64,000 nucleotides of DNA from Octopus bimaculoides (Eukaryota), in NCBI RefSeq assembly GCF_001194135.2, contig NC_068983.1:35491333-35555332 (forward strand), in the 5' to 3' direction. Each line of letters begins with the position of its first letter. Position 1 is the first letter of the stretch. Under the pieces are notes generated by a model. That model saw only the letters and a program-made list of their open reading frames with translations. It had not been told where the DNA came from and searched no databases. Positions 49,511-63,779 of the stretch are shown here, one piece after another. A program made the translations under genes and the position numbers.

Positions 49511-51161
49511 TATATATACAAACACATGCATGTGCATATATATGCTGGTGCTTTTGAAGGTTGTAGGAAGTTTGGAATAAAGTTTTTATTGTCTTCCAGT
49601 TTTTCCATATATTGATTATGTTAGCATTCAGATCATATTAGATATTGTAAACACCTTGAGACAGAAAATGAGATTCTTGTTCTGAGACCTGTCAGTAGGC
49701 CTGTTGAACTCTTCCATTGTCAAATCGATTCATATAATGTATAATATCATTTACATTAAAATCTTAACTGCCAGTTTGCGTGTGTGTGTGCATGCTTTTA
49801 ACTTTCTGATCACTGATTTTTCTCATTCACATAAGCTAGAATCTATTATCTTCTGTTTTCTTATTTGACATCACAGAAAGTTGCATTGTTTCTACATTGT
49901 TTTAACATCTCTTTGTCCATGATGCAGAGAAATACCATCATTCTCCTTTACCACATGTCACTTCACCTGTAAAACACATTTTCAAACCTGACCTAAACAT
50001 CTTTTTCTTTTCCTCTCTCATGTCATTAGTCTTCTTTTGCCATGGATACCTTCTTCTCTTAATGCATGGCATTCAAAGTAGTTTTCACATTATACTTGCA
50101 TATCTAAATCATTTGTGTCCTATCTGTGATCCAGTAATTCTAGTTGCAAAATATGAGGTTATGATCTGATAAAATTATGACCAATCTATTATTGATTGTT
50201 CATCGGCATGCTTTTCTCTCTGGTGTTTGTTTGTTATGTAACCTACCTGCTAAAACTGCAGATGCTTTGGTCTCGATCACAGGTAGCAAAGGATATTTGT
50301 TATCTGTATTTAGTATTTTTATTTCAGTATTCTCCCAATGTCCCTTACTTCATTGAGTGAATGTACACCCAGCAATTCTTGCATAATAAGGTTATTTAGG
50401 TACTTGTGAATGAATACATACATAACTAGAAATAGATGAATGTATGTATATGATGTAGTGCATGTATAAAATGAAAATTTATAGTTCATTAAAATGTTAC
50501 ATAAAGTGAAAAATACTGACAATGACTGCTTGCAATTCCAAATCATTTCATCACTAGATATATCTATTTCTTTGTGAACAACTTCATTTAAAAAATGAAA
50601 TCTCCATAAGTTCATAGTAAATTAGGAGCAAATAAATTTCTGTATTAAAAGAATATTGTCTTTGTTTTCTTTTTCTTTGATTATCTAATATGATAAATGC
50701 AAAAACTAATTTCTGTGTGTCACACTTAGATCCCCCTCTCTCACTATTCAATGACACTCCTACTATTCCTCATAATGGGGGTGAGAGTAACAGTAGGCAT
50801 AGAGACAGTGAGGGTGGTGATGAAGACAGACAGAAAGAGAGAGAAAGAAAAAGAAGGAGAGAAAGAGAGACAAAGAAATTTAGGAAGAGTTGATGTTTTA
50901 TTAAAAGTAGTAGTGTTGATGGTGGCAGTGGGAAGTAAAAGAGAAAGAAAGAGGGAGATGATGTACAACTTTGTTTAACCATGTCTCTTTGACAAATTCC
51001 TATGGGCAACATACTGAACACTGCCATTTTTGTTTTATTTTTTGCTTTCTTTAATACACACACACACGTACACATAAAATGCACTTTAATTGTTTCTCCA
51101 AAATTAAACATATCTAATATAATAAATGTGAATGTCAGTGTGTCACACTTTTTCAATTTTA

Positions 51162-51385
51162 ATAAATTCTTTCTGCTAGAAGCACAAGGCCTCAAATTTT
51201 GGGGGAAGAGATTAAGTCAATTCCATCAACACCAGTTCATAACTGGTACTAATTTTTATTGAACGTGAAAGGATGAAAAGCAAAGTCAACCTCAGCGGAA
51301 TTCAAGCACAAAATCTAACAGCAGATGAAATACAGCTAAGCATTTTGCTCAGCATGCTAACAGTTCTGCCAGCTCACCGCCTTAA
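51162..51385 (-). mobile_element. SINE of the 7929-9100 family flanked by a roughly 40-bp direct repeat
   Basis: Reverse complement of the array unit; flanks 51122-51161 and 51401-51440 are near-identical. Confidence 0.75.
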
Positions 51386-52214
51386 TATAATAATAATATC
51401 ATAAATGTAAATGTCAGTGTGTCACACTTTTTCAACTTTACTCATGGAGGCTGCAGCCCAACATATTATACCATTTATGGTATGGTATGTCAGGCTGACT
51501 CCATGAGTAAATGAAAAACATTCCAAGCCGAATCCAGACTCCACAATCCTGAAGTTTTGGATTCCCAAGTTTTCATTACTGTAATTGTTTTCAGCAGTTT
51601 TCTTTTTTGGGGATTTTTGCAACAAATTCTTTTGTATGATAACAATTTTTATTATCTAAAGGCTAACTCTGTGAGTAAATTAAAAATAATCCGGACCTGC
51701 AATCCTGAAATTTTGGATTCCCAAGTTTTCATTACTGTGATAGTTTTTGGCAATTTTTTTTACATGACTTTTTGTGACGAATATGATCATTAGGAAATTA
51801 CACTGGAGGAAGCAATTGCAACAAATTCTTCAAAACAGATCTTTGCAGATCTTCCCATTCAGGGTCAGATGCTCAAAAGCTATATACTAGCTAATATGAT
51901 ATATGTGTGTGCATATTTAATATATTTCAGTGTTAAAGACCTTTGAACTACCTTCACACCCACATTCCATTATGTTACTGAGACATAACAGAAACTTCAT
52001 CTTTATTCACTGGGATACATTGGAATGGTTTTTACCATTTCCAAGCTAGTGGGTAGAGTTCATCACTATAATCTAACAAAGCTTCCAACTATTTAAAGTA
52101 CAATATGCTAACTATTTATAGCTGGTACTCTGTCCATTACAATGATGAGCGTTCTAGTTGATCCAGTCAATGGAACATCCTGCTTGTGAAATTAACGTGC
52201 AAGTGGCTGAGCAT

Positions 52215-52250
<36 letters not shown>

Positions 52251-54974
52251 TACTTTTAATGTAGTTCTCAGAGAAATTCAACGTGACCCAGAATATCACA
52301 AGGCTGGCTCTTTGTGAATTACAGTTAAAACTTGTTTTTTGCCAGCTGAGTGGACTATAGCAATGTGAAATAAAGTATCTTTTTCAAGTACAACAACACA
52401 CAGCCAGGAATCAATACTTCCTTGTACTACCAGCAAGAGTTTAGTAACTTCTTTTTTGTTTTAGTGCAACACAGATGACTGAATGCAAACTATCAATTTA
52501 GAAGCCACCTTGTTGACTCAGCTAACTGCTATTTTAAAACTTTTTAAAAACGTAAAACATTTTGACATCCAAGAGTACTGTAGTTCGCTTGAAGCATTGT
52601 GTATTGTTTGTAAAATATAATGTGTCTTGAAAGGCACAGCATTAGACTATAATAGCTGTTATAATTTAATTATCCATAGTCTGATATAATAATAATATTT
52701 CGGAATACAAAAATTCCTTCTTCAGATATCACTAGGAATTGTTCGAGTCAATTTCGGTGGAGGGAGTAAGTTGATTGCATTGACCCTTGTACCCAACTGG
52801 CACTTAGTTTATCAACCCGGAAAGGATGAAATGCAAAGTCGTCTTTGGTGGAATCACAACTCAGAACTTAAAAATGGACGAAATGCCACTAAACATTTTG
52901 TCCGGTGTGCCAACGATTCTGCCAGCTCTACTTTAATATTAGTTATATAATGAGGGAAATATAGTCCTTTGTTGTTATTATAGTGCATTATTGTACCATT
53001 CAAGACCTATTATATTTTACTTTGACATCCATTTTTGCATTGAAAATGCTGGAGTGTAAAAGTAGTTGATGCTGCCAATGGAAGAGTTCAAAAAGGAATT
53101 TAGACCACTAAAAACTGGATTTTGCAAGATCTGTCATTAAGGAGTTTACTTTGCAACCACGGGGTTTCAGGTTCAGTCCCTTTGTGTGGCACCTTGGGCA
53201 AGTGTCTTCTACTACAATCATGAATTAACCCTTGTGAGTGAATTCAGTCGATGGAAACTATAGGAAGCCTGTGATGTGTGTGTGTTGCACGCACCTATGG
53301 AATTGTACCTGGATGCTGACATCTGGTTTTACTTGAGTGAAACAGTAATACGTTTACATTCCTTGTCGACATTATGACTGGTTGCTCTGCACCTTTCAAA
53401 GATCTGGCATACGAAATCCTTTACTTGAAAAACAGTTAAGGGTTGGTAACAGAAAGAGCATCCAGCTGTAAAAACCTGCCTCAAATACATTCCCATTTAA
53501 ACCTTTAAGCCATGCTAGCATAAAAAAAGCAGGTATTGAACAAATGAACATGAAGAATTATGATGTACTGTTTAAAGATTTGTTTAACTCATTCATGCCA
53601 GTGTAGAAAAATGAAAAAGTATAAACTGACAATTTATATTGGGTAGATTTGAAAATTCAAATATTCTACTTGAAGCGTTGAAATTGCTTTAGAATTCAAT
53701 TCAATATTTGTATAAATTTCAATTACTCTGCTCTGAAATCGAAAAGGCTACTGAGTTTTCTCAGTTAGGTGAGGTAAGATGAGTAAAATAATGTTTCTTG
53801 CTTGTGAAAACATCAAGAGATAGGATTTCATAACTGTCAATTTTTGAAACCAATATTATTTGAAAATATTCAAGCTTTGGAAAATTTGGTGCGGTTCGCC
53901 ATTATATTGCAATCATTTTCAAAATTGTTTAAAATTTTCATTTTATGCAACAAGCTTGTTTTTGTATTGCTTCATATAATGATATATATATTATATTAAC
54001 CACATAATATTAATTTATATTAATAGTGTGTGTCACGTTTGTTTATTTTTATTTTTTAAGTAAACATTGATTTCTTTCTTCATTAGCATCTGTATAGAAA
54101 ATGATATAAAGCAACATAAGGAAAGATGTTTCAACCTGAAAAAGCAAAGCCTTTTTGGTTTTTTGTTTGTTTTCAATGCCAAGATAATTTGAATAATAGC
54201 GATTTTATTTGTATCTTAGAACAGAACTCATTGACACAGATCTTTCAGCAGTGAATTGAAGATTTTCCCTTTAGTATATTGCTGAGACTATGAATATGCT
54301 TTCTCTATTGACAATAATATTATTAATTGCTAAGTCTTGACTTGTAATCCATAAGGTCCTTTGGTTATACCTTAACTGGAGAAGGCAAAAAGAGACCATT
54401 CAGGTGTTCTTTCTACTCTTTTAAGTTTTGTGATATGCACACATATTTTTGCAAAGGATTTGCTGATCACTGTCAATGGTATGATTTATATTATTTGTTG
54501 GCAATGAATGGGTGCTCTGTGCTTTTGAAGAACCATAGAATACAAAAGTACTCCTTGATAAAACACTTGCAGTTTGGTGTCAGGAAGAGGCTCTAGTCAT
54601 AAAATCTTGCCTTGAATCAGTCTCTTCCATTCTGTGTTAGTGTTGAAAAACAAATATTAAACAAATGATTTTTCCCCAGTAATAAACATGTCTTGTGTTG
54701 AGTTCTTGTAAGTATGCAAATCTGGAAATGTTAGGATAATTTTAATTTATATTTCATGGGATCATAAACTTAGACATTATCTTTAATCATGAAGATGCAC
54801 TGTAAATTGGGCCTTTTGCTGCCATGAACCTACAAACTATATACTTGTTTAAAATGAATGCATAGTATGTGCAAGCATTGTATTACTCTGCCTTTCCTTT
54901 CACTATAAAAACATATTTCTCAGAAGTTTTTTAATGAAGAAGCTTAAAGGTTAAAACACATTGTTACGTTTCAG

Positions 54975-55200
54975 GGGTGTCCAGAACTTTAATAGTTTGT
55001 CCTATAAAGCAGCTGGTGTTGATATTACTGCTGGAAATTCTCTTGTTGAGTTAATCAAGCCATTAGCTAAGGCTACCCAAAGGGAAGGCTGTGAAGCTGC
55101 ATTGGGCTCCTTTGGCGCTATATTCAACCTACATCAAGCAAAGTACACAGAGGAACCTTTACTTGTGTCAGCCACAGATGGTGTTGGGACAAAGCTCAAG
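54975..55200 (+). CDS. GART: GART exon K, first AIRS exon ([14 protein letters not shown]...GSFGAIF...[13 protein letters not shown])
   Basis: PurM motifs; phase 2/0, GTATGT donor. Confidence 0.97.
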
Positions 55201-58200
55201 GTATGTCTACCTGTTTATTTTTGTACTTTTTCCTGCAAGTGAATTTCAAATGGCATTGGAGATATTACGAGTAGCATTGCAAAAGAACTAGAAGTTGTAA
55301 TTTGGTTAGTATTGACATATTTAATGTAATGGGCATGACAACTCTAACTCACAATACTTATGTTGTGAGGCAAAGACATTCATTCAATGTCTAATACTAT
55401 TAGCAAATGCAGAGCTAGAAGAGAATTCTGAACATGTTTTGATTTTATTAAAACGCTTCAGTGAACCTTAGACATCACCATACTTGTTAAAATATTAATG
55501 TGAGAATCACTAGTTGCATTTACAATATTGTACATGCAAAGGGATAAAAAATTTGCATATTCCAAAAGAAAACTGAGATTAGCTTTAAAATGTTAATCCT
55601 AGCTTAACTCTTGGTTTTCATGCTTATGGTGTTTCTGAGTAATTAACCTCAGTGGGTGGGTTTTTTTTTTTTTTTCAGGAATCTGCTGTAGCCTTGAAAT
55701 TTGTATTTCTACTAAGCAGTATGTGCACATGAGTTTTATACATATCTATATACATTTAGCCTTGTGTAAATAGACAACATGGTAAGATAACAGTCCTCAA
55801 TGGAATCTAAGCAAAGGAGGCATAGACAATTTTAGGTCCAACACTCTTTAAACACACAGTTTAAGATTTAATATGATGTTCAAAAAACGATTAGCATCTG
55901 TTGTTAGTAATGCAATGGGAGATGTAAATCTATCCATGACATCCTCCACTCGTGTAAATACATCATAAAGTGGATCGGGAGTAGTTCTAACTTAAGTGGA
56001 ATGAGATCAGTTTACATCAATTTTAAACTTTCAGTGGGTGCAACCATCATTACTAAATGGCTATTTTAAGTAGGGCTAGTTTCAGTCCCTTTTTCAGAAG
56101 CTGAATTGCTTCAACGTACAATGATATTTATTTGAGAGACAAACTAAGCAGCTATTTATTGGAACAAGTTCATGTTATGTGCAGGTTGTGATGCTGAACC
56201 ATGTCACCATCATCGTCATTTAACGTCCACTCTTCATGCTGGCATGGGTTGAACGGTTAGACAGGGAACTGTCCAGACTCCACCTGCCTGTTGTAACATG
56301 GTTTTTATGGCTGAATGCCCTTTCTAACACCAACCACTTAACAGTTTATACAACACAGGTACTTTTTAAGTGGCACCAGCACCTGAAAAAAACAAGCTTG
56401 TATGTGTGGAAGACTGATTTTACTTAACTTAATGTGGCTTATCATGTACAGCAAATCGCCAATCTCTCAGTCCCATATCTGCATACTTAAATGTCACAGT
56501 CATGGTATTGGACACATCAAAAATCAAAGTGATCCACTCCATACTGGATGAATTCAAGGAAATAAAGGGAGTATACATTAATCAGAACATGGAAGGGTAG
56601 GTCAATGCTGGTCAGTAGCTTGGGTTCAAACTGGAGCTCTGAGTGGAGAAAATTTTGGGAGCAGTCATGAATATGGTGACCAGTCTCACTCAGAGCTAGG
56701 TTGAAAACAAGCTGCCCTTAAAATATTGGACAGAAGTGGTTAACACCTACCACATGGCCATCATGCTTTGCCCCACAGATCCTCTGACCACCCCAGAATG
56801 TCTGGTCTTTCATTTCTTGTTGAAGAGACAGTTTTTGCTAGTTGGGAGATCCTTCTGCTGCTAACAAAGGATGTGCAATCTTAGGATCCTGTAGCTGATG
56901 ATTCACAGTCACTTACTGATGCTGATTCCTAAATGATGGTGAATAGATGTGGTCTCCCGTTTATGCATCATATCATTCTGTAGCTTCTCTCTTTGACCAA
57001 AGTGCAAAGCAAAGTTTAATGTTTGGCACCTAACATGTTGCATGACACTCGCTGCACTCTACTACCTAAACAGCATAGACTAGTCTCAGTGTTTGACCCC
57101 TTGTTGCAACCCATTGTCATTTGGCGCAGACAAAATCATCATCATGTTGATATGGTTTTTATATATGAATTACCCTTCCTGCCACTAACTGGGTTATGAC
57201 ATGGACTGAGTGCAGTTTATCATGCCACCAGCGCTAGGGATGATACCTACAACAAAACTAAAGAATTTCTTCTTCCGTGTCTTATTTGGAATTACTGCTC
57301 CTCCACTTCCTAGAAGAGTTGCTTATAGTGCAGTAATTGACAAAATCAGCATCGTTTGCTAATTGCACATTTCAAATAACATTCTTCATTCATAAATAAT
57401 CTGTATGACTGTTTTCCTAATATTACTGAACTTTGTTGTTTAATACCCTAATCTGTTTGGGCTTGTGAGTGCTGGTGCCACGTAAAAAACACCCGTGTTG
57501 GTGTCATGTAAGAAGCACCCATTTAGGGCCATGTAAAAACCACTCCTGCTAGTGTCACATGTGACACCTGTACCGATGCCACAGGAAAAGCACCCATGCT
57601 GATGCCTTATAAAGTGGTTGGCATTAAGAAGGACATGCCAAAACAGACAATTGAAGCTTGAGCAGTTGGCCAGCTCTTATCAAACTATCCAACCCATGCC
57701 AGCATGGAAAAACAGACGTTGAATGATGATTATATTCACTCCACTCTGTCTCAAAAAACCCCATTAGTTCTAATTCTTAATCTATTTGGTTTGTAGACCA
57801 TGATTTAGACTCATTGATTGATATTCACTCCAGTCTTAAACATGGTTGTAGCTATCTTCTGACCACAGTTGCTAAATTATTGTAGCCATCCACAATGACA
57901 GAGATGCTGTGACTATTTACTAACCACAGAAACAGTCACTATACCTATTTACTGACCACAAACTGGAACCTGGTGCAGGTCCCCAGCTTACCAGTTCCAG
58001 TCAAACCATCTAACCCATGCCAGCATGGAAAACGGATGCTAACAGTTGATGATGAATTGCAAAGTTGTTGTGATTATTTACTGGCTACAACTATCACAGC
58101 TACCCTTTGTCTGACACAATCTAATTTACGATGTTTCTTCCATTCGATTCAAGTCTTTACAATGCATCTAGGATTCTGTAATGTCTTCTCTTTTGTGTAT

Positions 58201-58719
58201 ACATTTAATAGTGATTTCTCAAAATCACATAAAGCCACATCTATATAAAAAGTGTACTCACTTGACCTAAAACCTATTTACTGACTATAAAGACTCTCCT
58301 GCATCTCATGTGAACTTGCTGACTCTGCTGTTATCAGATAATGGCACTCAATGAATCCTGATTGCCTAATTTCTATTACCTGAATTTTATTGCTCACATG
58401 CTTTTTCTAACTTTACCTGTTTGATTTTTTCTTTTATTTTCCTGAAATTCCCTCCCATATGTATTCAACTCATTTTTCACTTTACTTTCCACTCTTTTAC
58501 TTGTTTCATTCACTGGATTACGACCATGTTGGAGCACTGCAACAAAGGTTTAGTTGATTAAATTGATCTCAGTATGTATTTCAAGTTTTTAAGACTGCAA
58601 GCTGGCAGAATCATTAGAACACTGGGTAAAAAGCTTAGCAGCATTTCATCCATCTTCACATTGTGTTCAAATTCTGCCAGGGTTATCTTTGCTTTTCATC
58701 CTTTTGGGGTCAATAAAAT

Positions 58720-59108
58720 TGTTGTTGTTGTTGTTGGCACTCCGTCGCTTACGACGTCGAGAGTTCCAGTTGATCCGATCAACAGAACAGCCTGCTCGCG
58801 AAATTAACGTGCAAGTGGCTGAGCACTCCACAGACAAGTGTACCCTTAACGTAGTTCTCCAGGATATTGAACGTGACACAGTGTGACAAGGCTGACCCTT
58901 TGAATTACAGGCACAACAGAAATAGGAAGTAAGAGAAAGTTGTGGTGAAAGAGTACAGCAAGGTTCGCCACCATCCCCTGCGGGAGCCTTGTGGAGATTT
59001 AAGTGTTTTTGCTCAATAAGCACTCACAACGCCCGGTCTGGGAATCGAAACCGCGATCCTATGACCGCAAGTCCACTGCCCTAACCACTGGGCCATTGCG
59101 CCTCCACT
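58720..59108 (-). mobile_element. Full-length tRNA-derived SINE with (CAA)n tail nested in another SINE
   Basis: A-box tggcccagtgg and B-box ggtttcgattcc on the minus strand; 12-bp TSD ggtcaataaaat at 58708-58719 and 59109-59120. Confidence 0.9.
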
Positions 59109-59850
59109 GGTCAATAAAATACTGGGGTCGATGTAATTGACTTACCCCCTCCCCCGAAATTCCTGGCCTTGTGCTAAAAATTTGATAACCAGTATGTACT
59201 TTAAGTTTGGTACTTATTTAATCAGTCTCTATTTGGCCAAATCACTAAGTTATGTTGATGTAAACAAATCAACACTGATGGTCAGGTGGTAAGAGACAAA
59301 TGCAGACACAGGTGCACATACAGGAGGGTGTCATAGCCGACAAATGGTGTAACAGTTCTATAGTCAACTGTTACAAGGGAAATGGAAATACCTTCATCAT
59401 CATTGTTTTTACGTCCGCTTTCCATGCTGGCATGGGTTGGACGGTTTGACTGAGGACTGGTGAGCCAGAGACTGCACCAGGCTCAATCTGATCTGGCAAG
59501 GTTTCTACAGCTGGATACCCTTCCTAATGCCAACCACTCCGAGAATGTAGTGGATGCTTTTTACATGCCACCAGCACAGGAGCCAGTCAGGCAGCACTGA
59601 CATCGGCCACGCTCAAATGGTGCTTTTTATGTGCCATCGGCATGAGTGCCGGTAAGGCGGTACTGGCATCAGTCATGCTCGAATGATGCTTTTTACATGC
59701 CAGTCAGGCAGCACTGGCATTGGCCACACTCTTAAAAATGGGGTTAATTGTCTCAAAAATTATGAAATCAGAAGCAACTGGAGGTTTTCATATGGGGCTC
59801 ATTATAAGGGATCATTTTCAATTGAAACTGTTATTTTTTAATTCTATCAG

Positions 59851-60049
59851 GTTGCACAGAACGTTGGCTTTCATAAATCTGTTGGGATCGATCTTGTTGC
59901 TATGGTGGTCAATGATATTTTGGCTCATGGTGCTGAACCTCTTTTCTTTTTGGACTATTTTGCTTGTGCCAAGCTTGATGTGTTGCAAGCTAGAGATGTG
60001 ATTGAAGGAATTGCTGAAGGTTGTAAATTATCTGGATGTGCGTTAGTGG
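59851..60049 (+). CDS. GART: GART exon L ([29 protein letters not shown]...GCALV)
   Basis: AIRS motifs; 199 nt, phase 0/1; not reported in the correct frame by the ORF track. Confidence 0.97.
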
Positions 60050-60337
60050 GTAAGTAGTTAATTAATTTACTATTTTTTGTCAAGCCTCTGTCAGAGGAGG
60101 AAGGGTGACCCTCATGACTTTATAAGACCACCAAACTTCGTATGGGGAAACAGTGGAGTAATCTTCAGACTAGAGTCTAGGCCCAAATGCTAACAAAGAA
60201 AAGATTCTACTAAAGATACCCAAAAATCAGAGGATTGTGTTAAACCAGTTGATAGATTAAGAACTGCTACAGTCCATATTATGGGCATTCACAGTCTGTT
60301 TATTCAATTTCACTTACAAGTTAATGGATCAGTCAAA

Positions 60338-60454
60338 GAGATAATGTCATTGGATTGGCATTGAATGGAATTCACAGCAATGGGTTCAAGTTTGGAAAAT
60401 TGTTGACGTAAACCAACTCTCATATGACATGTGTTCTCAAGGAAGACTTTAGGT
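60338..60454 (+). pseudogene. Degenerate partial duplicate of GART exon M (pseudo-exon)
   Basis: gtcattggattggca..ggaattcacagcaatgggttc..gtaaaccaactctcatatgacatg..ggaagactttaggta aligns to about 61142-61274 with two deletions and an in-frame stop. Confidence 0.85.
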
Positions 60455-61022
60455 ATATGTGGAAGATATTTACCCAAAGTGCCACACAGTGGAATCAACC
60501 CTAGACCACATGATTCTGAAACAACTTTTTGACCACATAGCCATTGCTGAGCCAATGTACTCAAGGGTGTTGTGTTGTCTTGTTTGCAAGACATCATTCT
60601 AGTTCTCAGTCACATAGTTATGTATGTTTCCTTAAATCTCTGTAAAATTTCCACTATGGTTTCAATAGATTATGGGGACAGTATTTACTGTAGCCTCACT
60701 CAGCCATATCTTGGTCTTGCACACTACATGGAGATCTCACTAGTGCTGATAGCATGGAAAAAAGCTCCTCATATACTCTGTAAAGTGACTGGTGTTAGGA
60801 AGGACATTCAGCCATAGAAACCATGCCAAAGCAGACATTGGAGTACAATGCAATCTTCAGACTCATTGGATCCTGTCAAACCATTCAACTCATGCCAACA
60901 TAGAACATAAATATTAAAAGAGAATGATGATGGTGTGGGGGTGGGGGTAATGATGATGATGATGATGACTTACTGCAGAAAATAACAATTTCTTTTTTTT
61001 TTTATCCTCATAAATATTTCAG

Positions 61023-61271
61023 GTGGGGAAACTGCTGAGATGCCTGGTATGTACCAGAAAGGGGACTATGATTTAGCAGGTTTTGCTGTTGGTGCTGTTA
61101 AAGCCAAACAATTATTACCTCGACTTGCTGACATTACAGTAGGAGATACTGTCATTGGATTGGCATCAAGTGGAATCCACAGCAATGGGTTCAGTTTAGT
61201 TCGGAAGATCATTGAAGTAAACCAACTCTCATATGATATGCATTCTCCCATCTCATCAGGAAAGACTTTGG
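61023..61271 (+). CDS. GART: GART exon M ([11 protein letters not shown]...[11 protein letters not shown]...[15 protein letters not shown])
   Basis: GGETAEMP and SSG.HSNG.SL.RK motifs; phase 1/1. Confidence 0.98.
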
Positions 61272-62782
61272 GTAACATAAAATTTAATTATAATTTTTTT
61301 TTACTTTTGCTTTGAATGTTTTATACTTTTTCATATTGAACAATTTGACAATTTTCTGAGGAATCTTAAGATTGTTGTTAAAAATATTACAAGTTATTCA
61401 CACCACTCCTGCCATGTTCATTTTGCCTGAAAAAGCATATCTTTGTGTTGTCTAGGTCACATAATTTCCCCACATTAGCAAAGAGTTTGGGGGTTTATTT
61501 TTTATTGTTCTTATGTATAACCAAAAACCTGCAGCTGTTTGAATTTTTTTTTCTGCTATTCAAAAAACATTCCTACAGTATTTAAAGAAGTTGTGTTCAT
61601 AATTGTTAGCATGTGTTAAGCTAGGGGAAGAAAAGCTCAGCCTAATTAGGGCATGTTTTCTTCCCATGAAGATGACTTCAAAGATTTAAATAGACAAACC
61701 TGTTTAGCTTGATATTATTAAATTTCCTGTCTGTATATTCTAGAAACATATTTGTTGACATGTAAGACACAAATTTAGAATCATCAGAAAAGACATGAAT
61801 AAGTCTCAAAGCAAATTCAACTTTAAATAATAGCATATAACACATTGGGTTAAAAACCCCTTGAATGGAAAAGAAACAGAAACCTGCATGTGAGACATGA
61901 ACCTTTCATCTTTTGTAACCCAGACAGACATGCTACCAATCATACTGAAGCAACCTTCTATCTTTCTTCCATCTAATTTTTAAAAATGGGTTACTGTAGA
62001 TGTATGGTTCAAATACTGCAAGCAGCTTTCTGCCATTTTTTAACTCCAATGAGTTTTTAATCCAATGAGTTATAAGCTATTATTTGTATCATTTATAAAG
62101 ATTTAATTTCATATTTCATGATACTTCTACATGTGTGTTCTAAATGTGAACAAACTTTCTCATAAGATTAAGATATTTAATTTGATGGCAGAAAGACAAA
62201 AGGCTGCTTCAGTGTAACTGGTAACACACTTGTCTGGGTTACAGAGATGTGTTCCCAATGGTTTGTGTTCTACAACCAACATTATACCGCTCCCACCCCT
62301 CCAATCGAAGATGGTTTTTCATCTGATGTATTACAATCTATTATTGGTGATATTTCAGAAGAAAATGTGGAGAGAGAAGCCAGGTGAAACATGAATGTTG
62401 CTTCTATGTACCAAAGCTATCTAGATTACTTGCATATTAGCATTTTCAAACTTCAGTATATGAAAAGCATTTTTTAAAAATTTTATAAATCCATGAAAGG
62501 AAAATAGATAAAACATAAACTAGTCTTGATAATGTTCTGTGTACCATGCATGCAGTTTTGGCTTTCATTGCTCTCTTCCTTTACATGACTTACTACTGCT
62601 TTCTGTGCCCTCTTTTACCATTTTCCAACTAGATGTGGTGCACCTGAATGCTGTATATATATAATAAAGTCATCATTATTATTATTTAGTAAAAAACATT
62701 CCAGTCTATAGAAGACTAAATGTTTAGAATGAATAAGTGTTCTATGCAGTTCAACATATTTCTTAGCACAGTTTGGTTAGAT

Positions 62783-63012
62783 CAGTGGTTCTCAACAGGG
62801 TTCCATATGATCTAAGGAGGTCCAAATAAGATTTTGTTCTTAAAATCAGTTATACTTCTACAATACACCAAATATTTTAATAATTTTCTTGTACGATTCC
62901 CAATAATGTTTAATTATAAAAATGTTATAGAGTTTTTCTAAACATTGAATGGTTGTGAGGGTTCATCTAAGTAAAATAAGAATCAAAGGTAAAAAATGGT
63001 TGAGATCCATTG
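62783..63012. mobile_element. hAT (Charlie-like) MITE with 8-bp TSD
   Basis: cagtggttctcaac...gttgagatccattg; TSD ggttagat at 62775-62782 and 63013-63020; older copy at 45144-45359. Confidence 0.85.
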
Positions 63013-63090
63013 GGTTAGATTCATTACTATTTTATATATTATTGAATGATTCTTCACAAATGTTATTTATGTTCCAAATTTCTGTTGCAG

Positions 63091-63293
63091 GGGAAGAGTT
63101 ATTGTGTCCAACTAAGATTTATGTGAGATCTGTTTTACCTCTCATGAGACAAAATCTTGTTAAAGCGTTTGCACATATTACTGGTGGAGGCCTCGTTGAA
63201 AACATTCCAAGAGTTCTCCCTAGAGATTTAGCTGTTCAACTTGATGCTATGACCTGGAATGTTCCTCCAATTTTTGGGTGGCTTCAAATGAAA
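63091..63293 (+). CDS. GART: GART exon N (ELLCPTKIY...AFAHITGGGLVENIPRVLP...W..PPIFGWLQ); gene continues beyond the window
   Basis: AHITGGG..ENIPRVLP motif; phase 1/0. Confidence 0.98.
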
Positions 63294-63779
63294 GTAAAAT
63301 CATATTTCAGTTTCTTCACTTATTTTTTCATTATTTTTTTCATTTCTTTTTAATGCATATTTTGTATGTAGGCCATACTACCAATGAACTGTAGTGGAAT
63401 TACAGCAAGATTATATTAAATCATTACTTTCTATAATTAACAATACAAACAGCAAAATTTAGATTTTAACCTGCTTTCAATAGGAAATCCCAGTTGACAA
63501 TTTCTTGCTGCCTTTCACTGTAAATCCACTCTAAGATTAAAATCTGCATAATTCAAGATCAAATGTCTGACAAAAGACTGTTAGTTAAAAAAGTAGATCT
63601 TAACTATAGATTATTCAAATTTTTGAATAATCTGTTACAACATTTCATCTAAATTTTAATCTGTCTAGAAAGATTGAATTTTAAGAATTTGAATAATAAA
63701 GATGATAATTTTATAGTCGAAAGTATCTGCATTTATGAATACTGAAGAGATGAAAGTGAAATGAGATAATAATGACTGA

